NCBI GenBank assembly: GCA_963767735.1
Contig: CAVYES010000005.1
Span: forward strand, 224,001 to 288,000
Direction: 5' to 3'
Source of the DNA: Candidatus Bathyarchaeota archaeon
GTDB lineage: Archaea > Thermoproteota > Bathyarchaeia > Bathyarchaeales > Bathycorpusculaceae
Length of the DNA stretch: 64,000 bases
The position numbers were made by a program, and so were the translations under genes. The notes beneath the pieces were generated by a model. The model was not told the DNA's origin, made no database searches, and was given only the letters and a program-made list of their open reading frames with translations. Shown here one piece after another: positions 39,428 to 48,187 of the stretch (positions are counted from its first letter, which is position 1; each line of letters begins with the position of its first letter).

Positions 39428-40941
39428 TTTTTGTTCCCTCGATTCTTAATCAAGAGTTTGTTTATACCATTTATCATTGCTTCAACACTAGCCATAACGA
39501 TATCTTCTCTTGCTGCGCGTGCGGAAACGATGTTGCCTTTTTCATCCTCAACTTTAATGACAACTTCTGCCACGGCGTTTGAGCCGCCCGTTATTGCTTC
39601 AAGCCGGTACTCTCTGAGCCGTATGTTTTCTAGATTATTGGTTATTTTTTGGATGGCTTTCAGTACGGCGTCAACTGGGCCTACGCCTGTTTCTGCTGCA
39701 ACGTATTCTTTTCCATCTAAAACGAGCCTTACTGAAGCGGTTGGAATAACTTTTATGCCCGTTATAACGGCTAAGTCACTTAAGTCAACGATTTTTTCTT
39801 CCCCTATCACTTCACCCATAACTGCTGAAGTTAACGCAAATAAATCAGCGTCAGTCACCATCTTACCCTTATCACCTAACTCTTTGACACGTTGAACAAT
39901 TTCCTGCAGCTGCTGTTCAGTTGGGTGGATGCCTATCTCTTCCAGTTCAGCTTTTACGCCGCGCGTACCAGCTAGTTTTCCTGCAACTAATTTTCTTGTG
40001 CGTCCCACTAACTCCGGATTTATCGGCTCGAAGGTTAATGGTTTCTCCGTTACTCCCCTCGTGTGAATGCCTGATTCATGGGCAAAAGCGTTTTCTCCTA
40101 CAATGGCCTTGTTAGCTTGCACATTTATACCGGTCAACGATGAAACCAATCTGGAAGTGCCGTATAATAACCGTGAGTTTACACCTGTCTTGTACTTGTA
40201 AATCAGATGTAAAGCCATAACTACTTCTTCAAGTGAAGCGTTCCCAGCGCGCTCACCTAACCCGTTGACAGCAACGTGCACCTGATCGGCGCCAGCTTCG
40301 ACTGCGGCTAAGGAGTTTGCAACGGCTAAACCGAAATCGTCATGGCAATGCGTGCTAATGGGAACGTTAACTACAGTTTTTAGTTCTTCAATGAGTTTGA
40401 TTGTTGTTTTCGGAATCATTATGCCTACGGTGTCAGGAACGTTTAGTATGTCCATTCCTGCTTTCTCTGCTGCTTGGCAAACTTGCTTTAAAAAGGGCAT
40501 TTCTGAGCGCGTGGCGTCCATTGGTGAAAACTCGCATTTGAAACCATGCTTCTTAACATACTCAACAGATTCCACGGTTGAAGACAACACCTGTTCAGGC
40601 GTTAAGTTCACGGCGTACCTCATCTGCACAAGCGAAGTTGGAATAAAAACGTGAATTAAGTCAACGTCGCAGTCAATTGCAGCGTCAATATCGCCTTTTG
40701 TTGCACGCGTCAAAGCGCAGATTTCTGGTTCTAACCCAGCTTTAGCAATCTCCTTGACAACTTTTTTTTCGCCCTCAGAAGAGCTTGGAAAACCGGCTTC
40801 GATAACGTCGACGCCTAGCTTGCTTAATTGACTTGCAATCTCAATCTTATCGTCTGCAGTTAAAGTAACGCCGGGTGTTTGCTCGCCATCTCTTAGTGTA
40901 GTGTCAAAAATACGGATACGTTTTGAAGTTTTATCGTTCAT
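39424..40941 (-). CDS. leuA: 2-isopropylmalate / citramalate synthase
   Basis: DTTLRDGEQ, HCHDDFG, GERAGN and AHESGIH motifs; C-terminal regulatory GVGPVDA. LeuA versus CimA not resolvable here. Confidence 0.85.
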   Translation of the reverse strand: MNDKTSKRIRIFDTTLRDGEQTPGVTLTADDKIEIASQLSKLGVDVIEAGFPSSSEGEKKVVKEIAKAGLEPEICALTRATKGDIDAAIDCDVDLIHVFIPTSLVQMRYAVNLTPEQVLSSTVESVEYVKKHGFKCEFSPMDATRSEMPFLKQVCQAAEKAGMDILNVPDTVGIMIPKTTIKLIEELKTVVNVPISTHCHDDFGLAVANSLAAVEAGADQVHVAVNGLGERAGNASLEEVVMALHLIYKYKTGVNSRLLYGTSRLVSSLTGINVQANKAIVGENAFAHESGIHTRGVTEKPLTFEPINPELVGRTRKLVAGKLAGTRGVKAELEEIGIHPTEQQLQEIVQRVKELGDKGKMVTDADLFALTSAVMGEVIGEEKIVDLSDLAVITGIKVIPTASVRLVLDGKEYVAAETGVGPVDAVLKAIQKITNNLENIRLREYRLEAITGGSNAVAEVVIKVEDEKGNIVSARAAREDIVMASVEAMINGINKLLIKNRGNKK

Positions 40942-40945
40942 TTTT

Positions 40946-41983
40946 TCAACCAGTTTTCACTGTTAAGGCTGCAGCAATGGCTTCTGCCATCCCCACGGTC
41001 GTGGCGTTGCCGCCGCAGTCTGGAACAGTTTGACCGTTACGTAACGCGTATACTACCCCATTCTCTATTGCAGCGCCTGCTTTGATGCATTTTTTGTCGC
41101 TGTATTTTTCGCCGAGCCACTCCAGCATCATCTTCGCGGAAAGTATCATGGAGATTGGGTTTGCGGTGTGTTTTCCTGCTCTGTTTGGTGCTGAACCGTG
41201 GATAGGTTCGAAGAGTGCAAAGTTGTCGCCTATGTTTGCGCCTGGCGCCATACCCAACCCGCCGATAAGTTGGGCTGCTTCGTCTGAGAGGATGTCGCCG
41301 AACATGTTGCAGGTGCAGAAGACATCGAATTCTTGGGGCTCTTTTATCAAACGCATAGATGCTGCGTCAACGTATAACTCGTTGAAGGCGATGTCTGGGT
41401 ACTGTTTTGCCGTTTCGCGGCATATGCTGGCGAATAAACCGTCGGTTACGCGCATAACGTTGGCTTTGTGTATGGCGGTTACTTTCTTTTTGCCATTTCG
41501 CAGACGTGCGATTTCGAAGGCTTTCTTGGCTATGCGCTCACAATTTGCTCTTGTGATGATTCTCATGCATATGGTTGTGTCGTTGCCTACGGTGAATTCT
41601 AAGCCCTTGTAAACATCCTCAGTGTTCTCTCTAACAAACATCATATCTATGTCAGGTCGAGCCACAGGAACGTTAGGATAAGCTTTCAACGGACGCAAAT
41701 TGGCGTACAAATCGAACATCAGTCTGAGTTTAACTATGACGTCGGCTGCGGTTTCGCCTACGGGTCCCTTTAGGCAAGCGTGGGATTCTTTGATTTTTTG
41801 CACTGTGTCTTCGGGTAATGCGGCGCCTCTTTTAGCTAAGGTTGCGTCGCCCGCTTCAGCCTCAATAATTTTGAGGTTTAATCCGAATTTTTTCTGTGCT
41901 GAGTCTAGAACTTTTAGGGTAGCTTCGGTTAATTCTGGTCCGATGCCGTCGCCTGGGATTAGGGATATTTTGTATTCTGTCAT
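40946..41983 (-). CDS. leuB: 3-isopropylmalate dehydrogenase family
   Basis: PGDGIGPE, RENTE, NMFGDILSD and EPIHGSAP motifs. Confidence 0.9.
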   Translation of the reverse strand: MTEYKISLIPGDGIGPELTEATLKVLDSAQKKFGLNLKIIEAEAGDATLAKRGAALPEDTVQKIKESHACLKGPVGETAADVIVKLRLMFDLYANLRPLKAYPNVPVARPDIDMMFVRENTEDVYKGLEFTVGNDTTICMRIITRANCERIAKKAFEIARLRNGKKKVTAIHKANVMRVTDGLFASICRETAKQYPDIAFNELYVDAASMRLIKEPQEFDVFCTCNMFGDILSDEAAQLIGGLGMAPGANIGDNFALFEPIHGSAPNRAGKHTANPISMILSAKMMLEWLGEKYSDKKCIKAGAAIENGVVYALRNGQTVPDCGGNATTVGMAEAIAAALTVKTG

Positions 41984-42484
41984 TTTTTGTTTAGTCTCCT
42001 TCTCAGGTTTTCGATTAATCCGCCATCTGCTAATATTTCAATTATGAATGGTGGTAGCTTGTCTACTTGAAAGCTTTTTGCCTTTTGAAATGTTTTCTAT
42101 CTTGCCAGCTTCAACATCCACGGCTATTTCGTCACCTGTTTCAACAGCAGCCGATATGCCTTCGCATTCGATTACTGGTAAACCGATGTTAATCGCGTTT
42201 CGGAAGAAAATCCGAGCGAAAGATTCTGCTAACACGCATTTTACGCCTGCGTACTTTAGGGCTAGTGGCGCTTGTTCTCGGCTTGAGCCGCATCCGAAGT
42301 TTTTGCCGCCTACTACGATTACGCCTTTTTTTGCTTTTTCAGGAAAAGCTGGGTCTAAGCTTTCCAGGGCATGTTTTGCTAACTCGTAAGGGTCAACTAA
42401 TACCAGGTATTTTCCAGGCAGAATAACGTCTGTGTCAATGTTGTTTCCGAATTTTATCGCTGGACCTTTAATTTTCATATTCAT
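41980..42484 (-). CDS. leuD: 3-isopropylmalate dehydratase small subunit, frameshifted near 42075-42079
   Basis: NIDTD, NFGCGSSREQA and SFARIF motifs; conserved tail LPPFIIEILADGGLI lies in another frame after an A5 run. Confidence 0.9.
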
Positions 42485-43749
42485 GCTTTTGCCTCCAGTT
42501 TTCTGGGGTCAGTGATTTTGCCTGTGACTGCTGAAGCAGCTACCGTTGCTGGAGAAGCTAAGTATACGCTGGCTTGGGTGCTGCCCATTCTTCCAATAAA
42601 GTTCCTGTTTGAAGTGCTTACGCAAACTTCGTCTGCTGCTAATAATCCTATGTGACCGCCTAAGCATGGACCGCATGCCGAACCGCAAACTATTGCGCCT
42701 GCATCAGTGAAGATTTCCAATAAGCCTTCGTTTAACGCTTGCTTGTAAACTTCTTGGGAAGCTGGAATCACAAGTGCCCTAACATTGTCTTTTACGCGTT
42801 TGCCCTTTAGGATTTGAGCGGCTAAGCGTAAATCTTCGATTCTGCCGTTGGTGCATGAACCAATAAACGCCTGCTCGATTGGAACGTTGCCTGCTTCTGA
42901 AATTGGCTTAACATTGTCAACCGATGATGGGCATGCTATTTGCGGCTCCATCTTTGAGACGTCAAATTCCACTGTCCGCTCGTAAACTGCGTCTTTGTCG
43001 CTTTTCAACGATTCAAAGTTGGGTAATGCTTTGACTCTGCCTTCTAGGAACTTGCGGGTTGTTTCGTCAGGTTCGATGATGCCGTTTTTGGCGCCCATTT
43101 CCACAGCCATATTGCACAGCGTCATTCTTCCCGCTATGCTCATGCTTTTTATTGTTGGACCCGTGAATTCAGTGCTTTTGTATGTTGCGCCGTCAACGCC
43201 CATTCGTCCGATTATTGATAAGATTAGGTCTTTTGGTGTAACGTACTTTTGAAATTGCCCAGTCACGTTTATTTTAATCGCTTCCGGCACTTTTAGCCAA
43301 ATTTTTCCAGTAGCAAAGACTGCTGCTGCTTCGGTTGAGCCTATTCCTGTTGCGAAAGCGCCGAAGGCTCCGTACGTGCAAGTATGTGAATCAGCGCCTA
43401 CGATTACTGTTCCAGGAACTACATGCCCTTTCTCCGGCATAACTTGGTGGCAGATTCCGCCTCTGCCTATGTCATATATGCGTATTTTTTGGTCTTTGGC
43501 GAATTGACGCATGGTCTTGTGCAGTTCTGCCGCTTTAACGGACTCAGCCGGCACCTGATGGTCCAGAATCACCACTGCTTTTTGGTTATCCCAAACTTTT
43601 TGTACGCCTATTTTTTTGAAGGCTTCAACGGCTAAAGGTCCAGTTAAATCATGCACCATTATCATGTCTACGTTTGCATCCACGATTTCTCCTGGGTGCA
43701 CAACTTTTTTTCCTGAAGCTTTAGCCAAGATTTTTTCTGTAATGTTCAT
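42481..43749 (-). CDS. leuC: 3-isopropylmalate dehydratase large subunit
   Basis: GICHQV, DSHTCTYGA, IGSCTNGR, CGPCLG and STSNRNF motifs. Confidence 0.95.
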   Translation of the reverse strand: MNITEKILAKASGKKVVHPGEIVDANVDMIMVHDLTGPLAVEAFKKIGVQKVWDNQKAVVILDHQVPAESVKAAELHKTMRQFAKDQKIRIYDIGRGGICHQVMPEKGHVVPGTVIVGADSHTCTYGAFGAFATGIGSTEAAAVFATGKIWLKVPEAIKINVTGQFQKYVTPKDLILSIIGRMGVDGATYKSTEFTGPTIKSMSIAGRMTLCNMAVEMGAKNGIIEPDETTRKFLEGRVKALPNFESLKSDKDAVYERTVEFDVSKMEPQIACPSSVDNVKPISEAGNVPIEQAFIGSCTNGRIEDLRLAAQILKGKRVKDNVRALVIPASQEVYKQALNEGLLEIFTDAGAIVCGSACGPCLGGHIGLLAADEVCVSTSNRNFIGRMGSTQASVYLASPATVAASAVTGKITDPRKLEAKA

Positions 43750-43857
43750 GTTTTTTTCTCTTCTTTTACAATTAACTGTTATTTTTGATTAATCTGCCGA
43801 GGCGGTTTCTCATTTTTGAGAAACGGAAAGTTAAGGGTTTCCGTTCGGAAAGACGAT

Positions 43858-44370
43858 TTATTCGTCTATTCTTACCGATTTTGCTCCTCTTGCCAATGCT
43901 GTTATGCCTGTTCTTGCAAGTTCAATGACGCCCGTTGCTTTCATCAAGTTTAGGAACGCATCAAGCTTATCAGGTGTTCCTGTGATTTCCACGGTTAAAC
44001 TGTCAGTGGAAACGTCAATGATTCGTCCTCGGAAGACTTCTACGCAGTTGATAATGTCAGAGCGATCTTTCGCTGTTGGAGAGTTAACTTTTATCAAAGC
44101 CAGCTCACGCATTACATAATTTCCCGGCTCCAGTTCCTCGACTTTAAGCACATCGATAAGTTTTGCGACTTGCTTGACGACTTGGATGATTGTTTTTTCA
44201 TCCTCGTTGACTGTTATTGTCATGCGCGCGATGTCTTTCCTTTCGCTCGGGCCGACAGTGATGCTTTCAATGTTAAAGTTTCTACGTCGGAACAGGTTTG
44301 AAACGCCGAAGAGCACACCTGGCTTGTTTTCGACAAGTACCGAAATTATTTTGGTTCTTCCAGCTTCCAT
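43858..44370 (-). CDS. ilvN: Acetolactate synthase small (regulatory) subunit
   Basis: VENKPGVL...RRRNFNIESITVG and ELARTG motifs. Confidence 0.95.
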   Translation of the reverse strand: MEAGRTKIISVLVENKPGVLFGVSNLFRRRNFNIESITVGPSERKDIARMTITVNEDEKTIIQVVKQVAKLIDVLKVEELEPGNYVMRELALIKVNSPTAKDRSDIINCVEVFRGRIIDVSTDSLTVEITGTPDKLDAFLNLMKATGVIELARTGITALARGAKSVRIDE

Positions 44371-46076
44371 TAGTAGTCACCTCTCTGCTGTGGTAAACCG
44401 CAACCTGGCGGCACAAAGGGGACAACATCATGCTCCGAGCCTATAGGCACATCGATCACCGTTGTAACCTTACTGTTCAGTGCTGTCTTAACTGCTTTTT
44501 GGAATTCCTCCATTGATGTCGCTCGCAATCCCTGCGCCCCGTAAGCTTCTGCCAGCTTGACGAAATCTGGTGTTTTACCCAAGTGAACTGCCATGTAACG
44601 TCGTTTGTAGAGCATTCTTTGCCACTGAGCAACCATGCCCAGCACCGAATTGTTCAGCACTATAACGGTGACGGGAATCTTTTCCGTAACGGAGCATGCA
44701 AGTTCCTGCTCGCTCATTATGAAACTGCCGTCGCCTGCTATGTCAACGACTGGTCTATCTGGGCATGCGACTTTTGCTCCGATTGCAGCTGGAAAGCCAA
44801 AACCCATGGTTCCTAAGCCTCCTGAACTGATGAAGGATCGAGGCTTCAGAGCTTGGAAATAAAGCGCTGACCACATCTGGTTTTGCCCAACTTCCGTAGT
44901 TACTATCGCGTTTTCAGGCAGCAGCTTCCTTAACTCCATCAGCAACGCTTTCGGAACTATGTCTCTGGGTCTATCCTTCAGCAGGGGACTCAGCTGTTCT
45001 TTTGCTTCTTTAACCCGCTTTGCCCAAGCATTGCCTTCACTCTTATGCAGTTTATCGCTTAAGGCGGCAAGCAAAAGCTTCAAGGCTGCTTTGGCGTCGC
45101 CGACTATGGGCACATCAACCTCAATGTTCTTGCCGATTTCTGCTTCATCAATGTCTATGTGGATTTTTTTAGCTTCCCTCGCAAAAGTGTCCAAATTTGC
45201 TGTTGCGCGGTCAGAGAATCTTGTTCCCACGGCCAGTAGCACATCGGCTTCGCCTAGCAATTTGTTCGCCGCCGGGTTTCCATGCATTCCTATGCTTCCT
45301 ACCGACAGGGGATGCCCTTCGGGGAACGAGCCTTTGCCCATGAATGTTGTGGCGACTGGCGCCATCAACAGGTCAGACATCTGCATGATTTCGTCTGAAG
45401 CACTCGAGATTATGACTCCTCCGCCTGAAAGAATCAGCGGGCTCTCCGCTTTCGCAAGCAAACTGGCGGCTTCACTTATCTTAGTTAAGTCTATCTCGAT
45501 CATAGATTTGTAGCCTCTAGCTTCGATCTTATCAGTTACCTCCACTTCGCCAATATCTGACTGTACATTTTTGGGTAAGTCAATCAGAACTGGCCCTGGC
45601 CTGCCAGTGGACGCTATGTAGAACGCTGTATTGACGATTGTTGGAATTTCAGCAACTGTCCTGGGCTGAAAATTGTATTTGGTGATTGGGGTTGTAATGC
45701 CAATTATGTCGGCTTCTTGGAAAGCGTCCTTGCCGATAAAGTATGACGTGTTAATACCTGAGGACGGAACCTGCCCCGTCAATGCTATTATAGGTGAAGA
45801 ATCCATGTACGCGTTCGCTATGCCTGTTACCAAGTTTGTAGCTCCAGGTCCTGAGGTTGCCATACAGACTCCTACCCGACCGCTGGCTCTGGCATAGCCT
45901 TCGGCTTCATGCGCTGCGCATTGCTCATGCCTAGCGAGGATGTGCCTGATTTTCTTATTGCCGCATAATGCATCGTACACAGGCAATATTGCTCCACCTA
46001 AGATGCCGAATATAACATCCACGTTTTGTTGTTCAAGGGATTCTAAGAGTGCTTTTGCACCAGACATTTTGGTCAT
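44370..46076 (-). CDS. ilvB: Acetolactate synthase large subunit
   Basis: RHEQCAAH, TSGPGATN, SSGGLGTMGFG and GDGSF motifs; ATG 46076 with GGAG RBS preferred over TTG 46097. Confidence 0.96.
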   Translation of the reverse strand: MTKMSGAKALLESLEQQNVDVIFGILGGAILPVYDALCGNKKIRHILARHEQCAAHEAEGYARASGRVGVCMATSGPGATNLVTGIANAYMDSSPIIALTGQVPSSGINTSYFIGKDAFQEADIIGITTPITKYNFQPRTVAEIPTIVNTAFYIASTGRPGPVLIDLPKNVQSDIGEVEVTDKIEARGYKSMIEIDLTKISEAASLLAKAESPLILSGGGVIISSASDEIMQMSDLLMAPVATTFMGKGSFPEGHPLSVGSIGMHGNPAANKLLGEADVLLAVGTRFSDRATANLDTFAREAKKIHIDIDEAEIGKNIEVDVPIVGDAKAALKLLLAALSDKLHKSEGNAWAKRVKEAKEQLSPLLKDRPRDIVPKALLMELRKLLPENAIVTTEVGQNQMWSALYFQALKPRSFISSGGLGTMGFGFPAAIGAKVACPDRPVVDIAGDGSFIMSEQELACSVTEKIPVTVIVLNNSVLGMVAQWQRMLYKRRYMAVHLGKTPDFVKLAEAYGAQGLRATSMEEFQKAVKTALNSKVTTVIDVPIGSEHDVVPFVPPGCGLPQQRGDY

Positions 46077-46171
46077 TTCATTGCTTCTCCAATACAATTA
46101 ATAGACTCTCGTCTAAAAAGAAATTGTTTGAAAACTTTTCGATGGCTGTTTCAAAGGGTTCCCTATAAAAA

Positions 46172-46222
46172 TCAAAGAACAAGTACCCGAAGATTCCAGC
46201 TATTGAGGTGACGATCCCTCAT
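46172..46222 (-). CDS. Putative Leu/Val-sensing leader peptide (16 aa)
   Basis: MRDRHLNSWNLRVLVL; 5 of the last 6 codons are Leu/Val; GAGG RBS; U5 run right after the stop; upstream of ilvB. Confidence 0.75.
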   Translation of the reverse strand: MRDRHLNSWNLRVLVL

Positions 46223-46270
46223 CTTAATTCCTCTTGAAACTCTACGTTCCTTAAATTATCTCATTGAACA

Positions 46271-46286
46271 AATAAAAAGTTTACGG
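46271..46286 (-). promoter_or_regulatory. BRE-TATA promoter of the ilv-leu operon leader
   Basis: Minus strand reads CCGTAAAC-TTTTTATT about 50 nt upstream of the leader ATG. Confidence 0.55.
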
Positions 46287-46292
46287 TGTTAC

Positions 46293-47723
46293 CAGTAGAT
46301 GGAAAAGTAGTTTATGATTCTGATGCTTCATTCACATCGTAATCATAACAATTCCTCGATCGGAGCGTTCTAAGCAAGCTTTTTCATTGAACAGTTTTAT
46401 ATCCTGAAGGCTTGAATAGTTGAGAAAGTGGCGGAGTTTAGGGTCTGATCTACGCGATCGAGTCCCTCGAACTGCATCTGAGAATGCTTACCGTCGAGGT
46501 GGCCCTAACCCGCCAATAACAAAGCCTTCAAAATGCACAGCCAACCGCGTCAACGTCAAAACTGGCCTATCAAACGCCTTCTTCAAAGCCCTGCAGAGCA
46601 GAAAGTTAGCGTAATGCCAAACATTGTAGAGCAGCACAGAAGCCATCTGGTAGAGCAGCCTAAGCTTGTAGTTGGTGCTTGTAGTTTTAGCCTGAGCATT
46701 ATCCTGCACACGATAACCAGTCTCAATACCCCACCTCCGCCTGTACTCAGAAGGAATAGACGACGGCAACGCAAGAGCCAAAGACCTTGGAAGATTCGTT
46801 GCAAAACCAAAATAGAGATCACAAACAGTAAGCTTCTTCTTTTTCGGCAACTGCCCTGCTGGTCGTTTATAGATGTAGAGAGTGAAGCTGACGCTTTTTC
46901 TTTTATTGCCCAAAGTGAAACGTTTGGCTCGCTGCTTCTGGTCATAGTTCATCATTGCTTCTTTGACTGTGCCATTCTTAACCGCTGGAATGATGAAATA
47001 GACGCCTAAACTCTTGAGCATAGTAATGACGTCTACTGTGAAGAATGCGCGGTCAAGCAGCACTATACTGATGTGTACCCCTCTTGCCTTTGCTTCAAAG
47101 AGTAGTTTCTCTACAACCTGTGCTTTCTCGCTGAACTGGTTTACGGTAATAGAGTAGATTGCTAATCGTCTTCCGGCTTCAACAATATCCATGCTGGCAT
47201 ACGTGTAGCCCCAATTTGTTCCTCTCTCCTGTTTGCCGCCTATCACATTCTTAGCGTCTGGGTTTCCGTAGAACGGTTGCCTGGTATAATCAATTGCAAC
47301 CACTGCTTTGCGTCTGAAGATGCTATAGCATCGTAGGATGAGTAGAACCTGATCGTTTGCTTCTATAAGTGAGTCTCGAATCTGCTTCTCAGCTAAACGC
47401 TCTATTCTTCCTCTGAAGGTTCTTCCCGTGGGAACCTTGTTTGGCATAGCGCATTTTTCTGAGAGGTCTAATAAGCCGCCTTCAGCGTAGCTTTGGGAGA
47501 GCGAGAGTTGGATTAGACATTGGTTGATATGACTGCTGGTGTAGAGGCTGTTTTTGGCTGCTGGAAACTGCAGGTAGTTGTTGAGCAGGTTGGCTGTGAA
47601 CTTGAAGACTTTGCTTGAAACTTTTCGTTCTTTTGATTTACGCTTTATCGTCTGAGCGCAAGATCTCAATTGTTTGCACTAAAATACTAATATCAAACCC
47701 TTAAGCTACTTTTCCATCTACTG
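46293..47723 (-). mobile_element. Complete insertion sequence, ISH3-like (1431 bp)
   Basis: Perfect 18-bp terminal IRs CAGTAGATGGAAAAGTAG (46293-46310 / 47706-47723); 5-bp target duplication GTTAC (46288-46292, 47724-47728). Confidence 0.93.
46488..47669 (-). CDS. DDE transposase (ISH3/IS4 superfamily)
   Basis: AIDYT, LLDRAF and YRRRWGIETGYR motifs. Confidence 0.93.
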   Translation of the reverse strand: MRSCAQTIKRKSKERKVSSKVFKFTANLLNNYLQFPAAKNSLYTSSHINQCLIQLSLSQSYAEGGLLDLSEKCAMPNKVPTGRTFRGRIERLAEKQIRDSLIEANDQVLLILRCYSIFRRKAVVAIDYTRQPFYGNPDAKNVIGGKQERGTNWGYTYASMDIVEAGRRLAIYSITVNQFSEKAQVVEKLLFEAKARGVHISIVLLDRAFFTVDVITMLKSLGVYFIIPAVKNGTVKEAMMNYDQKQRAKRFTLGNKRKSVSFTLYIYKRPAGQLPKKKKLTVCDLYFGFATNLPRSLALALPSSIPSEYRRRWGIETGYRVQDNAQAKTTSTNYKLRLLYQMASVLLYNVWHYANFLLCRALKKAFDRPVLTLTRLAVHFEGFVIGGLGPPRR

Positions 47724-47904
47724 GTTACTCTCATTTGTTTACAACTTTTTGTTAAAAATTACCTCGCCAAAGCCAACCTACAACTTGATTTCCAAGAAGG
47801 AGAAATAATGACGACTACGAACATTGTTTTTCTCTGACTATCATTGGGTAGTTGATAAAAGCACTTATAACCTGCATTCTCTTTTTCCTTATCTGTGAAG
47901 AAGT

Positions 47905-48090
47905 ATGTGTGAATTTAACATAATCCTCAACGGACAAGTGCAATTCAAAGACGTTATTTACGTTAAGGTTGAAGGAGATAACGTGACAGTTAAGAATATT
48001 TTGGGTGAAGCTAAAGAATTTAAAAATTGCAAGATTATTGAGGTTGACGTTAACTCTACCAGGCTAGTTCTTGCTTCATTGAAACCTTAA
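47905..48090 (+). CDS. cooT: CooT-family nickel-binding protein
   Basis: MCE N-terminus; DVIYVKVEG..VKNILGE..IIEVD pattern. Confidence 0.8.
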   Translation: MCEFNIILNGQVQFKDVIYVKVEGDNVTVKNILGEAKEFKNCKIIEVDVNSTRLVLASLKP

Positions 48091-48187
48091 AACAGTCAGA
48101 CTCGAATGCGCGCCTACATTTTCACATTTTTTCCAATACAACTCACAACTCACTATAGCAAAAGAGAACATAAAAAAAGGAAGAAGA

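Noticed and set aside
42070-42085. Programmed frameshifting in leuD at the A5 run
   Set aside because: No stimulatory structure was seen, and similar single indels hit several unrelated genes.
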